A stretch of 64,000 bases of DNA from Bdellovibrionales bacterium. Lineage in GTDB: Bacteria > Bdellovibrionota > Bdellovibrionia > Bdellovibrionales > CAYMLA01. How positions within the stretch are numbered: position 1 is the stretch's first letter; each line of letters opens with the position of its first letter. The stretch covers positions 1,024,001 to 1,088,000 of the forward strand of contig OZ244239.1 in assembly GCA_965217115.1 (NCBI GenBank), given 5' to 3'. Shown one piece after another: positions 38,664 through 48,144 of this stretch. Below the pieces are notes generated by a model. The model ran no database searches. It saw only the letters and a program-made list of their open reading frames with translations, and was not told where the DNA came from. The position numbers and the translations under genes are program-made.

Positions 38664-41477
38664 TTACCTTTTATTAACCCTTTCAGGAATACGACAGATG
38701 TTTTTCCACTCTTCGGCTAACTCATATTTCGTATCCTCACTAAAAGGCTCAAAATGCCCCTCTCTAATGCCTTTAATGGCACTAGAAACTAATTGATTAA
38801 TTCCCTTATAAAGTTCCTGTTTTTCTTCCCGTAGAATTTTATTTCTTTTCATATCTTCACAGTCAAATAAATGACCTGAATTTTCCTTTTGTTTAAACCC
38901 AATAAAGCGTTCCATCGTACGAGAAACATAGTAAAATGCCCCTTCAACCTCTTTTACTTTTAAAGAGGGCACCAGTCCATTTTCCATCGCCTGTGCGTAG
39001 AGAGCTAACTGCAACTTACGTTTTTCCACCCAATGACTAAACTGCTTCAACCCATTATTTGAAGATTTATAATCAAGAATCACTACATTTCCAAAAGCGT
39101 CTTGATCCACCCTATCAGCCGCTCCTTTAAAGGGCCACCACTCCCCATTTTCTTTAGCCTCAGAAGACAGCTTTCCTGTTACTGTATTCACATACCCCTC
39201 AATTTTTGCTTCACGGGCCACCGTGGTAAAATCGGGGAACTTCTGTCGATACTCTTTTTCCTCTTTTAAGAAACGTCTCGCCAATTGCAAATATTTTTTT
39301 CTTAACGGTGGCCACAATCTCTCATCGGCTAAGTGAATATGATAATCTCTGCGACACCGGTCAATCAATGAAAGGATTTCTTCATTCGTGTAATCAAATT
39401 TCATTGGTGTTTCTGTTAATTGTTCAAATAGGCCATGCATCAAATTACCACGGGTCATTGCATCCACATCTAAATCCAAGGAGGGCAAATCTGAGAGATG
39501 AAAAAGATATTTGATCGCATACAAAAAAGGAAATTCTAAATAAGTTTCTAAGCCCGAAGCCGATAGACGCAGTGATCTGTTTGGAGGAAATAATTCTAAT
39601 TCTTCACTCCCTAAATCTTGAGCCACCGCACAACATAAGAGTGCCCCTCTTTGATTATCCCAATTTTTCTTTTCACAAATTAACGTTTTCTCCTGCCTCT
39701 GTAAGTAATCCCAACGGGTCATCTTGGGCACAGAAACCTTCTCTAAATCAACATTCTCTCTCTGAGCACCCTCTAGCCAGAGTTGCGATGGACTTTCTAT
39801 TCTACTTGAAAAGTCCGTCGATGCTGTTGTCACAACTAGTTCTGAAGCGTTTATGTCCAAAACCCAACGAACTTCGAACTCCAGTAAGCTTTTTTCCACA
39901 TGAGTTAAATTAAAACCAAACTGCTCAGAGAGAGATAAGATATCCATAAATGAAATTTGCGTTTTCTCTTTTTGCTTCAACTCAGAGTCCATCAACCCAC
40001 AAAAAACAATTTTACTAAAATCGCCATAATCAACTGACAATAAATTTGTGCAACGAACTCCTGATTTTATATGTTTTTTTAATATGACTTCTTTCTTACA
40101 AGCCTTAAACTCTAAATATTGAAGCCATTGATCCATGTTCATCACAGTTTTTGGGCGACACTCTTTTATTATCTCCTGTAATAACCCTTCAAGCAATTCA
40201 CTTCTCTTTTCTCCTGGCCAACACTTCAATGCTAAACTAACAAATTCTGTTCGATTCATTTTTGTTTTTCTTGATAACGAAGACAGGTAACGATCTTTTA
40301 TCTTTTGTGAGCGCTCCAAATCACTGCGATCATAAAGTGACGAAAATATTACCTTAAACTTTTCATAATGCAACGTGCTGCTTGAAGACTCACGCAAAGC
40401 CCCTTCTTCTTCTTCTTCTGTTGCAAAAATCTCTGTCTCTAGATCTTCACTCTCAGGTTGATTCACAAGGAGCTTTAGCCCACAAAGCCACCTCTGCACT
40501 TCTTTAAAACTCTGATACCGAGTTGTCATATTTTTAGCGGCAAAAACTCCCTCCACATTCAGAAGTCCCTCTAAAACAGGCCAATACATTTCTATCTTCG
40601 GAGATACAATGGCTATTTTTTCTGGACTCACCCCTTGATCAATCCAAGTGCGAATGCGAGCAACAGCCTCTTTAGCCTCTCCCAACATCGTCGTAAAACG
40701 CAGATATTCTCTATTGCCATTTTCCTGCCGATGAGAGACCTCTTCTAACTTCGCCTCTTTTATCAAGTCACTCACATCTCTTTCTAATAATTTTCCATAG
40801 GGTTTTAACAAAAGATCATAATCCAAAGCCCACGGAGGACAAGGCACTAAAACTTCTATCTCTAGATAACGTCCCATATGCTGTAGAAGCTCAACATCTA
40901 TTTGATTAATTTCAACGCCCAAATCAACCACGAGTTTTCTTTTCCAAAATTGCTCAAAACCAAACTCATTGAGCAAAACCCCTCCCGCCCATGAATGCCC
41001 GATAAATCCCTGCTGCAAAGCCATCTTCCAAATCTGTAGCGACAATTCATACCAGCTGAACCAACGGGTTTTCCCTTGAGGATAACTCCCAAACCACTCT
41101 CTGAGCATTTCATCACCACGGGGGTGACACAACAATGGCAGTAACTGCTGAACATAATCCAAAGCCTGTGCACTTACATCAACAATGGCCTCATCGTCTA
41201 CCCCCCTTTTTTCAAGAATTCCCTGTACAGAGACAAGAAGAAACTCCTTAGAAACCAATTCCAAAGATGGTCGAACTCTAAATAAAAGTTTTTTCCACAA
41301 TTCACTGGCTCTTAAAACAGAGTCTTCTTCCAAAAAAGAAGCATCTTCAACGAAGAGGTTCTGCAACTCTAATTTAGAATGTAAATCAGAAACAAGCCAC
41401 GTCTGGCCACGGGGATTAAAGTCTTTTAGCTTTTTTTTCTTATCACTCGGACAGGCAATAAGTGTATAGGTAATCAT
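38664..41477 (-). CDS. addB: AddB-type inactive helicase with PD-(D/E)XK nuclease
   Basis: LSASGLETY, GNLMH, GAADRVD, LDYKS, QLALY; directly upstream of addA. Confidence 0.82.
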   Translation of the reverse strand: MITYTLIACPSDKKKKLKDFNPRGQTWLVSDLHSKLELQNLFVEDASFLEEDSVLRASELWKKLLFRVRPSLELVSKEFLLVSVQGILEKRGVDDEAIVDVSAQALDYVQQLLPLLCHPRGDEMLREWFGSYPQGKTRWFSWYELSLQIWKMALQQGFIGHSWAGGVLLNEFGFEQFWKRKLVVDLGVEINQIDVELLQHMGRYLEIEVLVPCPPWALDYDLLLKPYGKLLERDVSDLIKEAKLEEVSHRQENGNREYLRFTTMLGEAKEAVARIRTWIDQGVSPEKIAIVSPKIEMYWPVLEGLLNVEGVFAAKNMTTRYQSFKEVQRWLCGLKLLVNQPESEDLETEIFATEEEEEGALRESSSSTLHYEKFKVIFSSLYDRSDLERSQKIKDRYLSSLSRKTKMNRTEFVSLALKCWPGEKRSELLEGLLQEIIKECRPKTVMNMDQWLQYLEFKACKKEVILKKHIKSGVRCTNLLSVDYGDFSKIVFCGLMDSELKQKEKTQISFMDILSLSEQFGFNLTHVEKSLLEFEVRWVLDINASELVVTTASTDFSSRIESPSQLWLEGAQRENVDLEKVSVPKMTRWDYLQRQEKTLICEKKNWDNQRGALLCCAVAQDLGSEELELFPPNRSLRLSASGLETYLEFPFLYAIKYLFHLSDLPSLDLDVDAMTRGNLMHGLFEQLTETPMKFDYTNEEILSLIDRCRRDYHIHLADERLWPPLRKKYLQLARRFLKEEKEYRQKFPDFTTVAREAKIEGYVNTVTGKLSSEAKENGEWWPFKGAADRVDQDAFGNVVILDYKSSNNGLKQFSHWVEKRKLQLALYAQAMENGLVPSLKVKEVEGAFYYVSRTMERFIGFKQKENSGHLFDCEDMKRNKILREEKQELYKGINQLVSSAIKGIREGHFEPFSEDTKYELAEEWKNICRIPERVNKR

Positions 41478-41491
41478 AGAAAATTATTTCT

Positions 41492-41632
41492 TTATCGATC
41501 TAAAATATTAGGGTCTAAGGAATAGCTCTTCGTCGATAGTTCATCTGAAGAGGACTCCATGTATACCCGTGAATCACCTGCAACTGAAAAAGAAAACATC
41601 AGCAATATTACTGCAAAAATCAAAGTTTTCAT
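41492..41632 (-). CDS. Small exported peptide, 46 aa (below the ORF-track cutoff)
   Basis: AGGAGG RBS; MKTLIFAVILLMFSFSVA signal peptide then GDSRVYMESSSDELSTKSYSLDPNILDR. Confidence 0.6.
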   Translation of the reverse strand: MKTLIFAVILLMFSFSVAGDSRVYMESSSDELSTKSYSLDPNILDR

Positions 41633-41650
41633 CTAATCCCTCCTAAAAAT

Positions 41651-42487
41651 TTATTCTGTCTCTATTATTAATTCACCTAGTAACATGAGCGTCTCTGGAT
41701 CATGAAGAGAACCATGACGACGCCCTTTTCTAATGAATAACTGATCTTTATAAGGATGTTTGCTTTTTTGAAGAGCCTTTATATTGCTTTTTGAATAAGA
41801 TAGAGGAATCGCTTTATCTTGATCGCCATGCAAAAAAATCACAGGACTTGTGGCGGCAAGAACAGCTTTCTCTGTGTTATACTCGTTGCCCTGGTCATTG
41901 CAGAGAAAAGAGAATCTACCAGCCGATTTTCTACATAGAGATAAAAAATTTGTCCAAGCAGCAGACAAGATTATTAAATTATAATTTTCAACATTCAAGG
42001 AAACCTGAGCAGCAACACCAGATCCTAAGGAATACCCCCAGATATTTATATGCGACTCAGGAAATGCTGTCTGCAACTGTTCATAGGCTTTAACACCTGC
42101 CTGAGTGAATGATCTCTCTGACATCTGAAGTCTATTTCCTGAATATCCAGGGTATTGCAATGTGTAAATTAAAATCTTCTTAGATCTAAACTCCTTGTCG
42201 AAAAAAGTCTGAAGACGGTCTCCCGCATAATAATTTTGAGCATTTCCATGGAGGTAAAGAACAACATGGGGAGCTGCTTTATTCTCTTGAATCTGAAAAG
42301 GAGCCCCCCTCAATACAAGAGAGTTCTTATCATCAATATAAACCTTATGATTAAAAAACTTCTGAACAGCACTTAAAGGTTTTTCAGTTTTAAAGTCTGC
42401 TCCAGCATATAAACTACTTTCAATTATTACCGCTAAAGACTTATTTAAAAGAACAAATAGAAGATTTAGTAAAAATAACACTTTCAT
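41651..42487 (-). CDS. Exported alpha/beta hydrolase
   Basis: Signal peptide; YLHGNA, YPGY, GYSLG, HGDQD, RHG. Confidence 0.85.
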   Translation of the reverse strand: MKVLFLLNLLFVLLNKSLAVIIESSLYAGADFKTEKPLSAVQKFFNHKVYIDDKNSLVLRGAPFQIQENKAAPHVVLYLHGNAQNYYAGDRLQTFFDKEFRSKKILIYTLQYPGYSGNRLQMSERSFTQAGVKAYEQLQTAFPESHINIWGYSLGSGVAAQVSLNVENYNLIILSAAWTNFLSLCRKSAGRFSFLCNDQGNEYNTEKAVLAATSPVIFLHGDQDKAIPLSYSKSNIKALQKSKHPYKDQLFIRKGRRHGSLHDPETLMLLGELIIETE

Positions 42488-42680
42488 CCCTTTTTCTCTA
42501 AAATGTAGTACAGGTTTTAGCCCAAGTAATCCTAATATTGAGAGTTAGAATCATAATACAGAGATTGACTCGTAGCATTATATTTTTCGTCGTATGATTT
42601 TTTTTACTCTTTTTCCCATTTGACCACATCTTCTTACTCGGCAAAAATCAAAGCGGCAAGTTATATTTGGAGGAGCCTGG

Positions 42681-44114
42681 ATGGGGCAAGAAATTAAGGA
42701 ATATCAATTCACAGAGAAAAACTCTGTGGAGTTCAAGAGACGTCTAAAAGAAGAAACGGCTCTTTTAAAAGAATGGTTTGAGCATGATCAATTTGAAAGC
42801 CCCGAACCTGCATCCATAGGATTAGAAATAGAATCCTGGCTCATAGACAAAGATTGCTCCCCTTTTCCTGGAAACGAGCAGTTTCTAGCCTTAGCCAACA
42901 GCCCCCTTCTGGTTCACGAACTCTCTAAATTTAATTTTGAAATAAACACCCGGCCCATTCAACTCAGTGGGACTTGTTTTAACTCTGTTGAATCACACTT
43001 AAAAGCCTTGTGGAGCAAATGTCTAAAAATAGGTGACCAAATGGGGGTCGCCCCTCTACTTATTGGCACTCTTCCCACGCTTCACAATGAAATGCTCATT
43101 CCTAAGAACATGACAGAATCTGCTCGTTATAAATCCCTTAACAAACAAATTTTTCATATGCGCAAAGGTAAGCCCCTAACTGTCAATATTAACGGAGCTG
43201 AAAACTTCAACATAGTCAAATCTGATATTATGCTAGAGGCAGCATCAACATCAATCCAGATTCATCTAGAAGTTAAGCCCTGTGAATCAAGTCGTTATTA
43301 CAACGCATCACTATTGGCATCAGCAATGACTGTCGCCGTAGCAGCCAATTCCCCCTATCTTTATGGTTATGAACTATGGGATGAGACTCGTATTGCCATT
43401 TTTGAAAAAGCAGTGCAAATTCCTAATTACATAAAAATTTTAAATGAAGACGTTAATCGAGTTACATTTGGAACAGGTTACACACAAGAAAGTGTTCTTG
43501 ACTCTTTCCTTGAAAATCTTGATATCTTTTCTCCTCTGGTTCCCTCTCTATTTGACGGAGATGACCCTCTCTCCCATCTAAAATTTCATAACGGAACAAT
43601 ATGGCGCTGGAATCGCCCTATTGTAGGGAGTTCCCCTGGAAAAGCTCCCCATCTTCGCATTGAACATCGAGTTATGGCATCTGGCCCCAGCATAACCGAT
43701 ATTATAGCTAATATGGTTTTTTATCTTGGTTTAACACATTATTTCGCTTCTCTAGAGACTCCACCCGAGTCACAACTCCCTTTTGAGCACTGTAAAAATA
43801 ATTTTTATACCTGTGCCAAGAACGGATTAAATTCGAATATTCAGTGGTTTCAGCAACAGATAGGGATTCGAGAGCTTTTGACCGATCAGTTGATTCCCCA
43901 AGCAAAACAAACTCTTATTAATAAAGGTGTCGATAAGGACGAAGTAGGCTATTATTTAGACGAGGTTATATCATCTCGTGTACTCAGCGGCCAAAATGGA
44001 GCTAACTGGCAGAAATGTTTTGTCAAAAAATATGGAAAAGATTTTCAAGGACTAACAGATAAATATTTAGAGAATCAAACAAAAGGTGACCCTATTTATA
44101 AATGGAAAATTTAA
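42681..44114 (+). CDS. Glutamate-cysteine ligase family 2 (GCS2-like carboxylate-amine ligase)
   Basis: IGLEIE, HELSKFNFE, SIQIH, AANSP, ETRI, HNGTIWRWNR, RIEHR. Confidence 0.85.
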   Translation: MGQEIKEYQFTEKNSVEFKRRLKEETALLKEWFEHDQFESPEPASIGLEIESWLIDKDCSPFPGNEQFLALANSPLLVHELSKFNFEINTRPIQLSGTCFNSVESHLKALWSKCLKIGDQMGVAPLLIGTLPTLHNEMLIPKNMTESARYKSLNKQIFHMRKGKPLTVNINGAENFNIVKSDIMLEAASTSIQIHLEVKPCESSRYYNASLLASAMTVAVAANSPYLYGYELWDETRIAIFEKAVQIPNYIKILNEDVNRVTFGTGYTQESVLDSFLENLDIFSPLVPSLFDGDDPLSHLKFHNGTIWRWNRPIVGSSPGKAPHLRIEHRVMASGPSITDIIANMVFYLGLTHYFASLETPPESQLPFEHCKNNFYTCAKNGLNSNIQWFQQQIGIRELLTDQLIPQAKQTLINKGVDKDEVGYYLDEVISSRVLSGQNGANWQKCFVKKYGKDFQGLTDKYLENQTKGDPIYKWKI

Positions 44115-45154
44115 AACTAAATATTATTCAACACATCCCAACTAATATAAATGAGTGTTTTTCAGAGAACATACTTGAATATTTTTCAGGCCCAACTCTT
44201 ATTGAACTTGATGTCGGTAAAAAAGACTGGCTATTTATTTCTGTGTTACTCCATGGAAACGAAACCGTTGGCCTTGAAGTTCTAAAAAAAATAAATGACC
44301 TTATGAAAAAAACAGAAATGCCAAAAAATCTTGGTATTTTTATTGGAAATGTCACAGCTTGCCATCAAGAAAAGAGAAGACTTCAAAGTCAACCTGACTT
44401 TAATAGGATATGGAACACATCGCAAATTGATTTAATCCCTCTCTTTGCCAAAGAACTTCTTGAGTGGGCCTCTCAAAGAAAACTTTTTTCAGCTATTGAT
44501 ATTCACAACACCACTGGTAAGAACCCTCTCTACGGATGTATGACCAATATCAGTTCAAAGAATCTCTACTTAGCAAGTTTATTTTCTAAAACGGCTGTTT
44601 ATTTTGAAAACCCAAGGAACGTCCTTATTCGTGCTTTCTCTCAATTCTGTCCATCTCTTGTTATAGAGTGCGGTCTTCCTGGTAAAGCTCTCAGTACTGA
44701 AAAAGCTTTCAATTTTGTACAAGACATAATGTCTCTTGCGAATCTAGAAATTTCAGAAAAGAAGCTTCTTGATTTAAATCTCTATCATACTATTGGTCGC
44801 ATTGTTCTCAAAGAGAACAAAACCTTTGATTTTAACCCTACTCAATCTGATACCTCTTCTTCAACTGATATTTCTTTTTTATCTGATATTGAGAATTATA
44901 ATTTTTTCCCTCTAAAAAAGGGAGTTCACCTTGGACGAATCAATTCCAATCAACTCCCTGTTCAAGTTATTGATGAAGACTTCAAAGACATCACCCATAA
45001 GTTTTTAGAAAATAAGGACGGTCAACTCTGTCTAACCCGAAACACCATACCAGCTATGTTAACTAGAGACAGAAATATTATTCTTTCTGATTGTTTGGGA
45101 TATTTTATGGAGCCACTTAAACTGCCTTTTCATATTAATAATTCCTCCCAATAG
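44102..45154 (+). CDS. M14-family Zn peptidase (succinylglutamate desuccinylase/aspartoacylase-like)
   Basis: LLHGNE, DFNRIW, IDIHN, IECG. Confidence 0.85.
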   Translation: MENLKLNIIQHIPTNINECFSENILEYFSGPTLIELDVGKKDWLFISVLLHGNETVGLEVLKKINDLMKKTEMPKNLGIFIGNVTACHQEKRRLQSQPDFNRIWNTSQIDLIPLFAKELLEWASQRKLFSAIDIHNTTGKNPLYGCMTNISSKNLYLASLFSKTAVYFENPRNVLIRAFSQFCPSLVIECGLPGKALSTEKAFNFVQDIMSLANLEISEKKLLDLNLYHTIGRIVLKENKTFDFNPTQSDTSSSTDISFLSDIENYNFFPLKKGVHLGRINSNQLPVQVIDEDFKDITHKFLENKDGQLCLTRNTIPAMLTRDRNIILSDCLGYFMEPLKLPFHINNSSQ

Positions 45155-45235
45155 CTTATTAATCATTGTAATAATCTTAGATTTTGCAGGTTTTGATTAA
45201 ACAATCATCTTTTTTTTGCTAGAACTCTATATATA

Positions 45236-46831
45236 ATGATAAAAGATGACTCTGTTAATATAAAGAATTTACAGCTTTTTCATAAACCAACTGGTATCAG
45301 CACCCATAGCCCCAGTACCAAAGTTATCTCACCTAATGACAGAGTTATTGGCTTTATCGATTTATTCTCCCAGCCTCTGTATATCTGTCAAAGACTGGAC
45401 AAGGAGACATCTGGAGCTATCCTTCTTGCTAAAACTTCTGAAGCCGCGAGGTTTTTCACAGAAAAGCTCATCTCTCAACAGGTCAAAAAGGAGTACTATT
45501 TCATCACAAATAAGCCACAGTCTAAAAAAGAATTCCATATTAAGGGCTATATTCAGAAAAAAAACAACTCCTATCATCTACTCTCAAGCGGTCGTGACTC
45601 TGAGTTTTCTGAAACTCGTTTCTTTCATATTAAGACATCTGGTTCTTTCCATTTATGGCGTGCCATTCCCGTAACGGGCAAAACCCACCAAATACGAATT
45701 CACGCACAATCATCTGGGATTTCCATATTAGGTGACTCTCTGTATGGTGGAGCTCCCCATTGTCGCCTGTTTCTTCACTGTTATAAGTTAACATACGATG
45801 GGCAGGAGTTCCTGTCACCCATCCCCCATCTTATGGAAGAAATGAACCTACTTAATAACAAAAATCTCTCGACGATGATTTGTTCTGTTGAGCGCAGAAA
45901 AAATCTATATCCGCAAATATTCCATGACCCCATGGAGTGCCTTAGACTCATTCATAGCGAGCACCCTGTTCTTCGCTGTGATAAATTTGGCTCCACACTG
46001 TGGTTCTACTGGTATGGTGATAATCCACCTACACAAGAAGATCTCAGTGATTGTCAGTACATATCTAGTTTCTGTAGGAAAGAATCTTGGTTTCTCAGAG
46101 TGATGGCCAACAGGGGCACCCACCCTAACACATCTTCTCTGTGGCACAACGGCTCTCCATTAAATGAAACGAATCCTCCCCAAAACATCAAATCGTGGGT
46201 TGCACAAGAAAACGGACTCTCCTATGGGTTTCGTTCTCAATCAGGACTTTCTCCTGGACTCTTCCTTGATCAAAGAGCTAATAGAAAGTGGATTAAAGAA
46301 AACAGCTCCGATAAAAAGGTTCTCAATCTTTTTGCCTACACATCAGGCTTTAGTCTTGCCGCAGCCAAAGGCGGCGCAAAAGAGATCGTGACCATCGATC
46401 TTAATAAAAACTTTATTCAATGGAGTGAAGAGAACTTCTCTCTCAACGGTTTTTCTAATAAAGAGTCTTTTCAATTTTGGTCAAGTGATTGTGTGCAGTT
46501 CTTAAGAGGGTGTGAAAAACGTCAAAGAAAATTTGATCTTATTATTTGTGACCCCCCGACCTTTTCTCGTAATGGAAATAAGGTGTTCCGACTTGAAAAA
46601 GATTATAGAGACCTCTTAAGGCTAATTATTAGCTGTTTAAACCCCCATGGAAGAATATTATTCTGCACTAACTATGAAAAATGGTCCTCAGAAGAGCTTG
46701 CTACAAAAACACTCAACACAGATAATAGGCTAAAACAACTCCCCCCACCTTTATCTGGCCTAGATTATGAAATGCCTGGAATAAGGCCTATTCTCAAGTC
46801 TGTTCTTCTACAGCTTTTAGACTCTTTATGA
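45236..46831 (+). CDS. RluA-type pseudouridine synthase fused to an RlmI/RlmK-like SAM methyltransferase
   Basis: KPTG, QRLDKETSG, TGKTHQIR, GDSLY; GLFLDQR, VLNLFAYT, DPPTF. Confidence 0.87.
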   Translation: MIKDDSVNIKNLQLFHKPTGISTHSPSTKVISPNDRVIGFIDLFSQPLYICQRLDKETSGAILLAKTSEAARFFTEKLISQQVKKEYYFITNKPQSKKEFHIKGYIQKKNNSYHLLSSGRDSEFSETRFFHIKTSGSFHLWRAIPVTGKTHQIRIHAQSSGISILGDSLYGGAPHCRLFLHCYKLTYDGQEFLSPIPHLMEEMNLLNNKNLSTMICSVERRKNLYPQIFHDPMECLRLIHSEHPVLRCDKFGSTLWFYWYGDNPPTQEDLSDCQYISSFCRKESWFLRVMANRGTHPNTSSLWHNGSPLNETNPPQNIKSWVAQENGLSYGFRSQSGLSPGLFLDQRANRKWIKENSSDKKVLNLFAYTSGFSLAAAKGGAKEIVTIDLNKNFIQWSEENFSLNGFSNKESFQFWSSDCVQFLRGCEKRQRKFDLIICDPPTFSRNGNKVFRLEKDYRDLLRLIISCLNPHGRILFCTNYEKWSSEELATKTLNTDNRLKQLPPPLSGLDYEMPGIRPILKSVLLQLLDSL

Positions 46832-46869
46832 CAAACAATAGTGGAGCAAGTTTTTTTCTGATGAACCGT

Positions 46870-47021
46870 TTTTTTTCTAGAGTATCTCCCAAAAGACTCT
46901 AGCCCTTTTCTTGCTCAAACATCCGTTTGTCACCTCCCATTGCAGAGAAATGCAATGGAAGTCGCCAAGCCAAACTCGCCGAAAAGAACTAGAGTCTTTT
47001 GGGAGATACTCTAGAAAAAAA
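46870..47021. repeat. Fold-back (REPIN/MITE-like) element
   Basis: 33-bp perfect inverted repeats at 46870-46902 and 46989-47021; central CCATTGCA-GAGAAA-TGCAATGG hairpin. Confidence 0.88.
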
Positions 47022-47274
47022 TGCTGTATTCAATCAATGAGTCCATGGATCTTTGTGTAATATCAAAGGAGGTTGTACAAAAGACTGGACTGAGCTCCGT
47101 TAACTAGACAGATTTCCTCTATTTCTATGACTGACCTCCATGTATAACAACGCTGTTATCCATGGATAGTTTTAGAAAGAGAGACCTCAAGATGAGCCTC
47201 TTGGGAACAGTTCCACTATTTATCACAAAGAACCAGCTCTTATGAGCTTTTTAATGGAACCATCGCTGGCCCAT

Positions 47275-47309
47275 AAAAAAAAAGCTACAATCATTAGATT
47301 GTAGCTTTT
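47275..47309 (-). terminator. Intrinsic, probably bidirectional, terminator
   Basis: AAAAGCTACAATC-ATTA-GATTGTAGCTTTT with A/T tracts on both sides, just past the 47338 stop. Confidence 0.85.
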
Positions 47310-47337
47310 AATTTTGATAAATTATTCTAAAAAATTC

Positions 47338-47802
47338 TTAATTATTTTCTAGAACTGATTCACAACTACTACTATCTAGATACGTTGCCGCAAGCAGAGA
47401 TACGACAAAAACACCCCAACCAGATGTAACAGAAACACCTAGTTTCCACCAGCCAGCAGCATTCGTAAGTCCAGCAAGTCCAATAGCTTTCGTCGCAAAA
47501 GTAGAACACTGTGCATTGGCAGCCTCCAAGCTTAAACCATCTTCTGTTACATCGTTTGTGTAATCATTGAATTCTGCACTGTCCATCTGGCTAACGGCAC
47601 GAGCTTCTTCATTCATTAATTTAGATTTCTCGCTGTCGTCACTCTCTAGAAAAAAAGCACCTAACTTTGTAAACATCTCAACAACTTGACTTTGAGTTTT
47701 CTCAGCCTTTACCTGCATATAGTCACCATCATGAACATCGTCATAAGCCGACTGTGCCTGAAAACCTAAAAACAAAATCCCTACTAATACTAACTTCTTC
47801 AT
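47338..47802 (-). CDS. Secreted protein: signal peptide, acidic region, Cys-flanked hydrophobic C-terminal core
   Basis: AAGGAG RBS; MKKLVLVGILFLGFQAQS signal; C99 and C147 flank a G/A/W-rich segment. Confidence 0.8.
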   Translation of the reverse strand: MKKLVLVGILFLGFQAQSAYDDVHDGDYMQVKAEKTQSQVVEMFTKLGAFFLESDDSEKSKLMNEEARAVSQMDSAEFNDYTNDVTEDGLSLEAANAQCSTFATKAIGLAGLTNAAGWWKLGVSVTSGWGVFVVSLLAATYLDSSSCESVLENN

Positions 47803-47986
47803 GCTTAATCTCCTTTATTGTTATGTTATAGAATCATATCTCCATAACTTATTTCACAAAGCACTATTTTATTCTGGAGCTAAAAAAAACGCAATAGATG
47901 TTTTTCTTTTGGAAAAAATTACACATCGAACGAATTGAGTCAGTGTGGGAGCCACTGAGCTTCTTCTTAAATGCTCCCGTCTTCTT

Positions 47987-48029
47987 CTGTATCTCTTCTC
48001 TGTATCTCTTCTCTGTATCTCTTCTCTGT
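47987..48029. repeat. 13-bp intergenic tandem repeat (CTGTATCTCTTCT), 3 copies plus a partial
   Basis: Read directly from the sequence. Confidence 0.9.
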
Positions 48030-48101
48030 GTTTAAGCTTTAGACAGTTAACAAGATACTTACAATTATCTTCTACGCCCTCCCCCTAGGTCCCTTTTCAC
48101 G

Positions 48102-48117
48102 CGGCACAAATCCTGCT
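48102..48117 (+). promoter_or_regulatory. Candidate sigma-54 promoter
   Basis: CGGCAC-AAATC-CTGCT (GG-N10-GC), 27 bp before the 48145 ATG. Confidence 0.6.
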
Positions 48118-48144
48118 TTCTATACAGTTGATAGGGGAAAATTT

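Noticed and set aside
35522..41477. Helicase-nuclease pair as an anti-phage or Cas4-like system
   Set aside because: Sizes, order and motifs fit housekeeping AddAB
46870..47021. 6S RNA
   Set aside because: A perfect 33-bp stem of self-palindromic arms is unlike the bulged 6S helix; not excluded without an Rfam search
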